NCBI GenBank assembly: GCA_040005435.1
Contig: JBDTYX010000001.1
Coordinates: 1 to 43,545 of the forward strand
Direction: 5' to 3'
DNA: 43,545 bases
Source: Rudaea sp.
GTDB lineage: Bacteria > Pseudomonadota > Gammaproteobacteria > Xanthomonadales > Rhodanobacteraceae
The translations under genes and the position numbers were made by a program. Below are positions 9,016 to 18,416 of this stretch, piece by piece; the stretch's first letter is position 1; each line of letters opens with the position of its first letter. Under the pieces are notes generated by a model. It ran no database searches and was not told where the DNA came from. It saw only the letters and a list, made by a program, of their open reading frames with translations.

Positions 9016-9996
9016 ATGCTTGACTTCAGCACCGGTGAGATTCTCCGCCTGCTCATGCGCACGCTGCCGTTCGTGCTGCTGAGGCTGCTGGTCTACATCG
9101 GCATCACGATCGCCTACGTCGTCGCGATCGCCGTCGGAAGCGGCATCGGTATGCTCTTCGGCAAGATCGGTGGTGCTGGCGGTGGAGGCACCGCGATCGG
9201 CGGCCTGATCGGCTTCGGCATCGTCAGCGGCTTGCTGTACTGGGCGCGCGAGTATCTGCTGTACATGGTGAAGGCCGGGCACGTCGCGGTGCTCATTGAA
9301 TTGATCGACGGCAAGGCAGTCCCCGGCGGCAAGGGCCAGATCGACTACGCGATGGGCGTCGTCAAACAGCACTTCGCCACCTCGTCGATGCTGTTCGGCC
9401 TGAATCAGCTCGTTCGCGGCATCCTGCGGGCGTTCAACAGCGTTACCTTGAGTATCGCGTCGTGGCTGCCGATTCCGGGCCTCGACGTGCTCGTGAAGCT
9501 GGTCGACAAGATCATCAATACCGGATTGAGCCATCTCGACCAGGTGATACTCGCGCAGATCCTGCGCTCTCCGTCCGCGAATCCCTGGGCGACCGCACGA
9601 GACAGCGTCGTGCTGTACGCGCAAAACTACAAGGGCGTGCTCAAGAACGCCGCGTTCCTGACGTTCATCATCTGGGGACTGACGCTGCTGATCCTGCTGG
9701 TCGTCGCCGCGCCCATCGCGGCGCTGATCGGGCTGCTGCATTTGCACGCGGGACTGTGGACGTTCGCGCTCGCGGTCATCGCCGCGTTGAGCCTCAAGGC
9801 TGCGCTGATCGATCCCTTCGCGACGGTCGCCTTGATCCAGATGTATGACAAGCTCACCGCGGGCCAGGCGCCGAATCCCGAGTGGAGCGCAAAGCTCGAA
9901 TCGATATCCGCGAAATTCCGCGAACTGACCACGAAAGCCAACGAATTGGGCCCCGCCGCGATGCAAAAGTCGCAAACGCCCTCCGCGGTCGTATGA
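9016..9996 (+). CDS. Integral membrane protein of unknown function
   Basis: GGGAG RBS before ATG 9016; several hydrophobic segments; coding-like codon usage begins at 9016, not 8617. Confidence 0.8.
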   Translation: MLDFSTGEILRLLMRTLPFVLLRLLVYIGITIAYVVAIAVGSGIGMLFGKIGGAGGGGTAIGGLIGFGIVSGLLYWAREYLLYMVKAGHVAVLIELIDGKAVPGGKGQIDYAMGVVKQHFATSSMLFGLNQLVRGILRAFNSVTLSIASWLPIPGLDVLVKLVDKIINTGLSHLDQVILAQILRSPSANPWATARDSVVLYAQNYKGVLKNAAFLTFIIWGLTLLILLVVAAPIAALIGLLHLHAGLWTFALAVIAALSLKAALIDPFATVALIQMYDKLTAGQAPNPEWSAKLESISAKFRELTTKANELGPAAMQKSQTPSAVV

Positions 9997-10376
9997 CGGT
10001 CGTTAGGCGAGGTCGAGGTCGGGCGTTCGTCGATGACACCGCCTGCCCCGCGCGCAGTTGAGGTGATTGAGCGCTACCGCCACTCGCCCCATCCATTTTG
10101 GGCTCCGGTCGTCGCCGAGGGCAGACGTCTGGCGCGTCCGGTGTCCTCGCGCGCCGCACCGGGGAATTTCGCACACCCCCCGACGTCGTCGGTTCTCGGG
10201 CCTTCCGAGGCTACCAGTGCCGATGGTGTCCGCGAAGTCCGCCCACTGACTGCATCATCTGCGGACCTTTGTAGGCGCCGACCGCCACCTTCGAGTACGA
10301 CCGACCGCAGGGGGCCCTGGCGCCACCTCCGCCAGAAGCACGCGCCTCGCGTGCAGGGAAACGAGCCCGCGTGAAG

Positions 10377-11954
10377 CTAAGCGGCGAATCCTTCCGCGAT
10401 GTGGTCCGCGACGCGCAACGCGTTCGCGACGATCGTCAGCGTCGGATTGACCGCCCCGATCGCGGGGAAAAAACTCGCGTCGGCGATATAGAGATTGTCG
10501 ACGTCATGCGCCCTGCAGTTGAGATCGAGCACGCAGGTCTGCGGATCGACGCCGAATCGCGCGGTGCCCGCCTGATGCGCGGTGCCGCCGATCGGGATGT
10601 CCTTGCCGAGATACAGACTGCGCTCCAGCAGCGCCGGATGCGCGCCGGTAGCGGCGAGGATCTGCTCGAGCTTCTTCCTCAGGCGCTGGTGCGCGTTCGT
10701 GTTGCTCGGCACGACATCGAGAATGACGCGGTCGCCGTCATAATGGATTCGGTTTTCGGGCAGCGGAAGATCCTCGCTCGACAACCAGAAGTCCATCGAA
10801 TGGCGCGCCATCTGCTCGAACGGCATCTTCGGCAGCCATTCGAGCCAGCTCGGCAACGCTTCGCCGCGGATCTGCGCGCCATGGGACTTGGCGCACATCT
10901 GGATGAGGCCGAGCGGGTATTCATAGTCGTCGGCGCCGAAATAGAAATCACTCAACGCGAGCGTCTTCTGAAAGACCGTATCGTTCGGTTTCGCCATCAA
11001 CGCCATCAATATCGACTGATTGTGTCGCATGTAGTTGCGACCGACCTGCCCGGATCGATTGGCGAGTCCGTCCGGATGCTTCGCATTGGCCGAGCGCAAC
11101 AACAACAGGGCCGACGACAACGCACCGCAGGCGACGACCACCGTGTCCGCGGCATAGCGTTCGTCCTCGCCGTTGCGCGTGACGCATATGCTCGTCACCG
11201 CCGTACCGCTTGCGTTCGTCTCGAGACGAGAGACGTACGCACCGGTAAGCAGGGTCACATTGACGTGAGCCGCGAGCGTCGGATCGACACAAACCACCTG
11301 CGCGTCGGCCTTGCCGTTGAGCGGGCACGGAAATCCATCGAACGCATCGCAGCGGATGCAGGTGCTCGTCGGCGTGGGCTTGCCGTCCTTCTCGTCCAGC
11401 AGGATCCCAAGCGGAAGATGAAATGGATGCAGCCCGTTGCTCGCCAATCCGTCGCTGAGCGCCTGGATCGCCGGCTCGTGCGACACGGGCGGATTTGGAA
11501 AGTCGCCGCTCGATGGCGGTTCGTTCGGATCTTCGCCGCGCCTGCCATGGACATGGAACAGGCGCTCGGCCTGTGCATAGTACGGCTCGAAGACCGCGTA
11601 TTTCAGCGGCCACGCCGGCGAGACGCCGTCTTCGTGGCGAAGCTCCTCGAAATCCCGCTCGCGCAGACGCAGCAGCGCGGCGCCGTAGACCTTCGAATTT
11701 CCACCGACGAAATAATGCAGTCCCGGATGAAACGCTTCACCGTTGCGGCCGTACCAGGTTTCGGGCGCCTGGTAGGCGGCGTCGACGAATACGGTCTGCG
11801 CGTCCCAGTTCGCGGGCGAGCGCGGCAGGTAGTCGCCGCGCTCGAGCAGAAGGATTCGCTTGCCAGTCGACGCAAGTCGGTGGACGACCGATGCGCCGCC
11901 CGGTCCCGACCCGATCACGATCACGTCGTAGTGGCGATCGCCGTGCGTCGACAT
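10377..11954 (-). CDS. GMC-family FAD oxidoreductase
   Basis: YDVIVIGSGPGG, GGNSKVYGAALLR, C-terminal AHQAGTARFG and GAVNPTLT. Confidence 0.92.
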   Translation of the reverse strand: MSTHGDRHYDVIVIGSGPGGASVVHRLASTGKRILLLERGDYLPRSPANWDAQTVFVDAAYQAPETWYGRNGEAFHPGLHYFVGGNSKVYGAALLRLRERDFEELRHEDGVSPAWPLKYAVFEPYYAQAERLFHVHGRRGEDPNEPPSSGDFPNPPVSHEPAIQALSDGLASNGLHPFHLPLGILLDEKDGKPTPTSTCIRCDAFDGFPCPLNGKADAQVVCVDPTLAAHVNVTLLTGAYVSRLETNASGTAVTSICVTRNGEDERYAADTVVVACGALSSALLLLRSANAKHPDGLANRSGQVGRNYMRHNQSILMALMAKPNDTVFQKTLALSDFYFGADDYEYPLGLIQMCAKSHGAQIRGEALPSWLEWLPKMPFEQMARHSMDFWLSSEDLPLPENRIHYDGDRVILDVVPSNTNAHQRLRKKLEQILAATGAHPALLERSLYLGKDIPIGGTAHQAGTARFGVDPQTCVLDLNCRAHDVDNLYIADASFFPAIGAVNPTLTIVANALRVADHIAEGFAA

Positions 11955-11956
11955 GC

Positions 11957-12805
11957 TCAGCCGCCCGTGGCGAATCCGGGATACAGGGTCATGCCACCAT
12001 CGACGAAGAGTGTTGTGCCGACGACGTAGTCGGACTGATCCGACGCGAGCCACACGGCCGCGCGCGCGACGTCCTCCGGTTCGCCGATGCGGCCGTACGG
12101 TATCAACGTCATCAGCGCGTCGTAGGCTTTCGGGGTGTTCCATGCCGACGTGTTGATCGGCGTGCGGATCGCACCGGGCGCGATCGCGTTCACGCGAATA
12201 TGCCTTGGCGCGACTTCCTGCGCGAGACTTTCCATCATCATGCGGATGCCGCCTTTCGATGTCGCGTAGTTCACGTGCCCGGCCCAGGGAATTTCCTGGT
12301 GTACCGAGCTCATGCAGATGATCTTGCCCACCGCGCACGATACGGAGGCGACGATGCCGCGCCGTTCGAATTCGCGGATCGCTTCGCGCGCGCAGAGGAA
12401 TTGCCCGGTGAGGTTGACGCCGAGCACCTTGTTCCACTCCTCCATCGTCATGTCCTTGAACGCGGAGTCGCGCTGCAGGCCCGCGTTGCTGACGAGGATG
12501 TCGATCGTGCCGAATCGCGCGCGCATCGCCGCGAACATGTCCGCGACCTGCTGTTCGTTCGATACGTCGGCGAGATACGCGAATGCATCCGCGCCGGATT
12601 TGACGATCTCGTCCACGACCGCTTGCGCGGCCGATTCGTCGGTGACGTAGTTGACCACGACGTCGGCGCCGGCTTGTCCGAGCGCGAGCGCGACGGCGCG
12701 CCCGATGCCCGAGTTGGCGCCCGTGACGAGCGCCTTTTGCCCGACCAGCAGCTTCGGCGGCGGCAGAGGAGGCGCGGTCGATTCCGGCGGAGAGAGTGCG
12801 GTCAT
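11957..12805 (-). CDS. SDR, glucose 1-dehydrogenase-like
   Basis: TGANSGIG, NAG, SSVHQEIPW, YATSK, IPYGRIGEPED, TLYP; GAGGA RBS before 12805. Confidence 0.9.
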   Translation of the reverse strand: MTALSPPESTAPPLPPPKLLVGQKALVTGANSGIGRAVALALGQAGADVVVNYVTDESAAQAVVDEIVKSGADAFAYLADVSNEQQVADMFAAMRARFGTIDILVSNAGLQRDSAFKDMTMEEWNKVLGVNLTGQFLCAREAIREFERRGIVASVSCAVGKIICMSSVHQEIPWAGHVNYATSKGGIRMMMESLAQEVAPRHIRVNAIAPGAIRTPINTSAWNTPKAYDALMTLIPYGRIGEPEDVARAAVWLASDQSDYVVGTTLFVDGGMTLYPGFATGG

Positions 12806-12994
12806 ACGGACATCCTCTGGCAATCGCATCGCGAGTGCGACGCAAGAGCTTCCGTTGCAAGAAAAACGGCTAGCGGCAAGCATGATCGAGGGCGCATGAA
12901 CTCGGCGTGAGCGGTTCCGCGACGCCGCCCAGTCAGCTGGCGTGCCGACTCGCGTCGTTATAGTGCAACCGAGTAACCACGGATCGGGAACGTC

Positions 12995-13471
12995 TTGAAC
13001 GCACTAAGCCTGGGCATAGCCTTCCTGACGCGCTTCCTGCTGATCGCGCTGTTCCTGCCATTCAGCGCGCTCGACAAACTGCTCAACCCGCGCCAGGCGA
13101 TTGCGCAGGCCGAACAGGTCGTCCGTCCACGCGCACTCGCGGCAGCATTCATCGTGATCGGCGGGATCGTTGAGGTAATCATGTCGCTGGCGATCCTCAC
13201 CGGATTCATGGATCGTCTCGCTGCTTTCGTGCTCGGCGGCTATTGCCTGGTGACGGCGTTGCTCTGGAAAAGATTCTGGGGGGCGGGCGATTTTCGACTG
13301 CAAGGTTCAAGTCGGGGACGCGACATATTCTGGGACTTCCTAAAGAACGTCGCGCTCGCCGGCGCGTTCTTCATGCTCGCCTTTGGCGCCACAGCTTCTG
13401 GACCACGCGAATTCCTCGCGCATCCGCTGGCGTCGACCCATCCGTATCGAGCCATCGAGCAGGGACACTGA
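12995..13471 (+). CDS. DoxX-family membrane protein
   Basis: Four hydrophobic segments; RFLLIALF...SALDK and FLKNVALAG motifs; TTG start. Confidence 0.8.
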   Translation: MNALSLGIAFLTRFLLIALFLPFSALDKLLNPRQAIAQAEQVVRPRALAAAFIVIGGIVEVIMSLAILTGFMDRLAAFVLGGYCLVTALLWKRFWGAGDFRLQGSSRGRDIFWDFLKNVALAGAFFMLAFGATASGPREFLAHPLASTHPYRAIEQGH

Positions 13472-13472
13472 C

Positions 13473-13916
13473 ATGCCGCACGCGCCGACCGTCCACTATT
13501 GGCATCTCTACACCGACCCCCACGGTATGAGTCGCCAGACCCGAGAGGCGATGACCGACTTCGAATTGAAATCGATGCAACCACCCGCCGATCCGCAATG
13601 GCAGGGAAAGAAGACCTCGGGCGCGATGACCATGCTGATCACGGTGCAGCCCGTGGGCTGGATCGGTACCTGGCACGAGAATCCCAAACCGCAATGGATC
13701 GTTCCGCTCTCGGGTCGCTGGTTCGTCGAGTCGATGGACGGCCAACGAATCGAGATGGGCCCCGGCGAATTTTCTTTCGGCGGCGACCAGCGCTGCGCCG
13801 AGCGTGACGGCCGACGCGGCCATCGCTCGGGTACGGTCGGCGACGCGCCCGCCGTGCTGATGGTGATCCAGCTCGACGGTGCGCCGGCACCTGCCGCGCC
13901 GACGCAAGAGGGTTGA
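13473..13916 (+). CDS. Cupin-domain protein
   Basis: WHENPKPQWIVPLSG, PGEFSFGGDQ, GHRS; starts 1 bp after the DoxX stop. Confidence 0.85.
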   Translation: MPHAPTVHYWHLYTDPHGMSRQTREAMTDFELKSMQPPADPQWQGKKTSGAMTMLITVQPVGWIGTWHENPKPQWIVPLSGRWFVESMDGQRIEMGPGEFSFGGDQRCAERDGRRGHRSGTVGDAPAVLMVIQLDGAPAPAAPTQEG

Positions 13917-13919
13917 GCG

Positions 13920-14822
13920 ATGGATGGCGTCGTCATCCACGACCCGCACTTCGCGCATCTGATACTGCCGAATGCGGCGCTCGAGACGCTGGCGAGCGGA
14001 TTCCGCTGGATCGAGGGCCTCGTATGGGTCGCCGATGCGAATCATCTGCTGTTTCAGGATCTGCCCCGCGACCGCACGATGCGCTGGATCGAAGACGCCG
14101 GCGTGTCGATCTTCCGCTCGCCGTCCGGTTTCGCCAACGGGCAGACGCGTGATCGCGATGGCCGCCTGATCGCGTGCTCGCATCGCGAGCGCTGCCTGTT
14201 GCGCACCGAGCACGATGGCCGCATCACCCGCCTGGTCGATCGGTTCGAGGGCAAGCGACTCAACGCGCCGAACGACGTTGTCGTGAAATCCGACGGCACG
14301 ATCTGGTTCACCGACCCGCTGTACGGCATTCAATCCGACTACGAGGGCGGACGGCAGACCTCGGAACGGTCGCCTGCGGTGTTTCGATTCGACCCCGCGA
14401 CACGTGTGTTGGCGATCGTCGCAGACGACTTCGACGGTCCGAACGGACTCGCGTTCTCGCCAGACGAATCGCGCTTGTACATATCCGAAACGGGCGATCA
14501 GACGACGGACCATCCGAAGCAGTTCATCCGTTGTTTCGATGTCGACGCCGACGGATCCCTGCGCGCCGGCGCGGTGTTCCACAAGATCGCGCCCGGCTAC
14601 GCGGACGGCATGCGCGTGGACGAGGACGGCAACGTCTGGGCCAGCGCGGCCGATGGCGTGCACTGCATCGCCCCCGACGGACGACTGCTCGGCAGGATCC
14701 TCGTGCCACACCGCGTTTCCAACGTTGCATTCGGCGGACCGTTCAACAACCGTCTTTTCATCGGCGGCTCACACACGTTGTACGCCGTTTTCCTCAATCG
14801 CCGCGGCGCGACGTGGCCGTGA
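13920..14822 (+). CDS. SMP-30/gluconolactonase-family protein
   Basis: WIEG, RLNAPNDVVVKSDGTIWFTDP, PNGLAFSPDE, DGMRVDEDGNVW. Confidence 0.92.
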   Translation: MDGVVIHDPHFAHLILPNAALETLASGFRWIEGLVWVADANHLLFQDLPRDRTMRWIEDAGVSIFRSPSGFANGQTRDRDGRLIACSHRERCLLRTEHDGRITRLVDRFEGKRLNAPNDVVVKSDGTIWFTDPLYGIQSDYEGGRQTSERSPAVFRFDPATRVLAIVADDFDGPNGLAFSPDESRLYISETGDQTTDHPKQFIRCFDVDADGSLRAGAVFHKIAPGYADGMRVDEDGNVWASAADGVHCIAPDGRLLGRILVPHRVSNVAFGGPFNNRLFIGGSHTLYAVFLNRRGATWP

Positions 14823-15637
14823 CGCCGCGCAATGTTCGCGTGGCCGGCATCGCCCGATTTTGCCTGGTGTCGCGTGACGCGGAAAGCCTTGCGTCCTTTT
14901 ATGCCGATGCGTTTGGGGCACTTACCGTGTCGCGCCAGCGCGACAGCGACGCTTCGACGAGCACCCTGCTCGCGATCGGCGCGCAACGCGTCGAATTGCT
15001 GGCGTTCGATCGCCCAGGACGACCCTACCCGGCCGATGCCGACGCGTCGGGCCTCGCGTTCCAGCATTTCGCGATTGTCGTCGTCGACATCGATGCCGCA
15101 TACCGAAAACTTCAGGCCACGTCGGGGTGCGTGGCCATTTCGCATGCAGGTCCACAACGACTGCCCGTCGAATCCGGCGGCGTCACCGCGTTCAAATTTC
15201 GCGATCCCGAGGGCCATCCGCTCGAGCTGCTCCAGTTTCCCGCGATGAGCCCGCGTTCGCGCTGGCGCGCCAAATCACCGCCGGGCAACGTGCTCGGCAT
15301 CGATCACAGTGCGCTCAGCGTGGCCGACACCGAGCGTAGCATCGCGTTCTACGAATCACTCGGGCTTTGCGTGACGGCGCGTTCCTTCAACGAAGGTGTC
15401 GAGCAGGACCGTCTCGACGGTCTCAGCGGCGCGCAAGTACACGTGACCGCGCTGCGGGCACCCGACGACACCCCACACCTCGAACTACTCTGCTATCGAG
15501 ATCGCGGGCCGCCCACGGTCGTCGAAGCGAACGACGTGGCGGCGACGCGCGTCGTCTTCCGATCGAACGAGTCGCGCGACGCGTGCCTTGTCGATCCCGA
15601 TGGACATCGCATCGTCGTCCTCGCGGGCAGCGCCTGA
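14819..15637 (+). CDS. VOC/glyoxalase-family protein (two domains)
   Basis: GTGA overlap with previous stop; FQHFAIVV, FRDPEGHPLEL, GIDHSALSV, DPDGHRI. Confidence 0.85.
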   Translation: MTPRNVRVAGIARFCLVSRDAESLASFYADAFGALTVSRQRDSDASTSTLLAIGAQRVELLAFDRPGRPYPADADASGLAFQHFAIVVVDIDAAYRKLQATSGCVAISHAGPQRLPVESGGVTAFKFRDPEGHPLELLQFPAMSPRSRWRAKSPPGNVLGIDHSALSVADTERSIAFYESLGLCVTARSFNEGVEQDRLDGLSGAQVHVTALRAPDDTPHLELLCYRDRGPPTVVEANDVAATRVVFRSNESRDACLVDPDGHRIVVLAGSA

Positions 15638-15642
15638 CGCGT

Positions 15643-17121
15643 TCAACCGGGTTGTGCCCGCACGTACGCCAGCGCGGCCATATGCATCGCTTCCGCCTGC
15701 GACGGGTAGATGTGCAGCACGCCGGCGAGCTCGCGCAGGCCGATGCCGGCCTTCATCGCCACCGTGACTTCGTTGATCATCTCGCTCGCCCGCGACGCGA
15801 CGATCGTCGCGCCGAGAATCTGGTCGGTACCATCGCGAACGTGGATCTTCACGAAGCCGGTGTCCTGAGCGTCGATGATCGCGCGATCGACGTCCTGCAT
15901 AGGTACCGTATAGGTGGTCAACGGGATGCCCTGCTGCTTGGCTTCCCAAACCTGCGTGCCGACATGCGCGACCTCGGGATCGGAGAACGTACACCATGGC
16001 ACGATCAGTTCGCGGTGGTCGTGGCGCGCGTCGAGCAGCGCATTTTCCACAGCCATGATCGCCGTGAACTTGGCGACATGCGTGAACTTGTGCGACATGC
16101 AGACGTCGCCCGCCGCGTAGATGCGCGGATTCGTCGAGCACAGAAATTCGTCGATGACGATGCCATGGTCTTTCCTCCAGGCGACGTCGCATTTCTCTAG
16201 CGCCAGGTCGTCCACGTTGGGGACGCGGCCAACGCTCAGCAATATCTCGTCGGCGTCGAGACTGCTCTTCTGATCGTTGTTCAGCATGTCGAGCGTCTTG
16301 GCGCCGTTGTTCATGCGCGCGCCGACGACCGTGGTGTTCAGGCGGATCTGCACGCCGTCACGCGCCATCGACCGCGACATTATCTCGGCCGCGTCGCGTT
16401 CCTCGCGGGGCAGGAATTTCGGATCATTCTGGATGATCGTCACGTTCGACCCGAGGCGGCAGAACGCCTGGGCGAGCTCGCAGCCGAGCGGCCCGCCGCC
16501 GATCACGGCGATGCGCTCGGCCACCGCTTCGAGATCGAAGACGTCGGTGCTCGTTCGATAGCCGGTGCTTTCGAGGCCTTCGATGTCGGGCTGTCGCGGG
16601 CGCGCGCCCGTGACGACGAGGGCCTTCCTGAACGCGAGACGCGTTCCGTCGACGGCGACCCTCTGTCCCTCGAGAAATCGCGCGTGGCCGAAATACACGT
16701 CTACGCCGGCGCGCGCCAGTCGGTCGGCGGAATGGTATTCCGCGATGCGCGCTCGCAGACCTTGAAGACGCGACACGACCGCGGAGAAGTCCGCGACCGC
16801 ATCGACGTCGACCGGCCGGAAGAAATATGCCGCCATGCGCAGGTCCGAACACAGGCTGCCGGTGTAGATCAACGCCTTCGACGGCACCGAGCCCACGTTG
16901 AGCGAATTGCCACCGAGCCAATGCCGTTCCACGAGCGCCACGCTGGCGCCCAGCTCGATCGCGCGTTCGGCCGCCGCGATTCCACCCGGCCCCGCGCCGA
17001 CGATGACGAGATCGTACTCTGCGCGCGGAAGCGGGTTGGTCCACTGCGGCGGCCTCAGGTATTCCAGCACGTCGGCGTCGTTGGAGTAGACGACCGGAGC
17101 TGTATCCGAAACCATATTCAT
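15643..17121 (-). CDS. Pyridine nucleotide-disulfide oxidoreductase homolog (MerA/Lpd-like) lacking the redox-active cysteines
   Basis: GAGPGG, GGNSLNVGSVPSK (normally CxxxxC), GGGPLGCE, AAGD, FTH, HIYPSQAE; ATGA overlap with the upstream stop. Confidence 0.9.
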   Translation of the reverse strand: MNMVSDTAPVVYSNDADVLEYLRPPQWTNPLPRAEYDLVIVGAGPGGIAAAERAIELGASVALVERHWLGGNSLNVGSVPSKALIYTGSLCSDLRMAAYFFRPVDVDAVADFSAVVSRLQGLRARIAEYHSADRLARAGVDVYFGHARFLEGQRVAVDGTRLAFRKALVVTGARPRQPDIEGLESTGYRTSTDVFDLEAVAERIAVIGGGPLGCELAQAFCRLGSNVTIIQNDPKFLPREERDAAEIMSRSMARDGVQIRLNTTVVGARMNNGAKTLDMLNNDQKSSLDADEILLSVGRVPNVDDLALEKCDVAWRKDHGIVIDEFLCSTNPRIYAAGDVCMSHKFTHVAKFTAIMAVENALLDARHDHRELIVPWCTFSDPEVAHVGTQVWEAKQQGIPLTTYTVPMQDVDRAIIDAQDTGFVKIHVRDGTDQILGATIVASRASEMINEVTVAMKAGIGLRELAGVLHIYPSQAEAMHMAALAYVRAQPG

Positions 17122-18416
17122 GCGCCGAGCCATCCGCCGGAGAATCCCGCGCGGCCCAGGCCGGCGCGGACATATGCATTCTCTCGCATCACCTTCCACG
17201 CGAGGCCGCGCTGCGCATTGTCGATCATCATGACGAGCAGTCCCTGGTCGAGTCCATAGCAGCCCTCGGAAAGCCATGCGGTTCCGTCGTTCGTGAGCGA
17301 CGGGTTGAATCCACTGGAAAAGCGATCGCTGCTGCAGGTCTGCGGGTAGCGTTGCAGTAGCTGGCGCGTACCGACGAGTGCCGCCTCGGCATCGAACGGC
17401 AGCGCCGCGAGCATCGCCCATGGCGAGATCGTGCCGTCGTCCGGGCCGAACGGGATGCCGCGTGACATGTAGCCGAAGAAGCGGCGGTCGCGAAAGTCCA
17501 TGGGCTTTTCCTCGCCGGTCGGGCCGTCGCCTGCCGTGATGCCCCAGAAATTGCGGTCGTAGCCCACGAAGCCGCGTGGATTGCGTGCGCCATATTCGCG
17601 ATGGGTGGCGATCGCTCGGACGCTGTTCTCGAAATAGTCGCAATTCTTCTCGCGCATGAAGCGATCGCGGATGCCGCGAAAATCGATCCATGCGTGCGAA
17701 AAATAGTGGGTGAACAGCGGGCCGGAATACAGTACATCCCGGCCGAGCATGTTTTCCCACTGATAGGTCATCGTCCAGCCGGCGAACGCGTCATCGCTCA
17801 GCGGATGCGTAGGCGAGCCCAGCGCTAGCACGTACAGGAGCGTCGCTTCGTTGTAGCCTTCCCAGCCGTAGTGCAGAAAACCGCAGCCCGGCTTCCAGCC
17901 TTGCGCGAGAGTGACTTGACCTGCCTGCGCCCAGCGCCAGTCGATGCGCCGATACATGGCGTCGGCCAGTTCGCGGATCTCGATTTCGTCGCCATCTCCG
18001 TCGAAAAAAGCGGCAGCGGTGAGAACTCCCGCGATCAAAAGGCTCGTGTCGACCAGCGACAGCTCGCATTGCCACACGCGGCGCCCGCTGCGCATGTCGA
18101 GGAAGTGGTAATAGAAGCCCTTGTATCCGGTGGCGTCCTCCTGCTCGCCCTGCGCGCTTTGCATGAAGAAGCGCAGCGTCGCGAGCGTGCGTTGTACGGC
18201 CTCGCCGCGCGCGATCCAGTTGCTCTCGACCGCAATGGGGTAGCTCGAAAGCGCGAATCCTACGACGGCGATGCTGCACGGCGACTCGGGCCGGGAGGTA
18301 TCGGCGACGAGACCGTTGTCTCCGTTCGCGTAGTCGATGAAATACGAGAACGCCCCGCGCTGGAGTCGGTCCACCAGCGCTGCATCGGACAATGTTTCCC
18401 AGTCGCTCATACGCAT
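17118..18416 (-). CDS. Glucoamylase-family (PF10091) / GH144-like glycoside hydrolase
   Basis: NGLVAD, SIAVVGFAL, GFYYHFLDM, WEGYNE, GPLFTH, DFRGIRD, WGITA, DDGTISP, GLDQG; no signal peptide seen. Confidence 0.85.
   Translation of the reverse strand: MRMSDWETLSDAALVDRLQRGAFSYFIDYANGDNGLVADTSRPESPCSIAVVGFALSSYPIAVESNWIARGEAVQRTLATLRFFMQSAQGEQEDATGYKGFYYHFLDMRSGRRVWQCELSLVDTSLLIAGVLTAAAFFDGDGDEIEIRELADAMYRRIDWRWAQAGQVTLAQGWKPGCGFLHYGWEGYNEATLLYVLALGSPTHPLSDDAFAGWTMTYQWENMLGRDVLYSGPLFTHYFSHAWIDFRGIRDRFMREKNCDYFENSVRAIATHREYGARNPRGFVGYDRNFWGITAGDGPTGEEKPMDFRDRRFFGYMSRGIPFGPDDGTISPWAMLAALPFDAEAALVGTRQLLQRYPQTCSSDRFSSGFNPSLTNDGTAWLSEGCYGLDQGLLVMMIDNAQRGLAWKVMRENAYVRAGLGRAGFSGGWLGA

Noticed and set aside
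10377-12860. 827 aa ORF suggesting a fused or extended GMC protein
   Set aside because: The extension is an off-frame read through the SDR gene; the real start is 11954. The same artefact affects the ORFs listed at 14174, 15643, 20963, 22437, 24331, 25896, 29379, 30959, 32083, 33408 and 37608.
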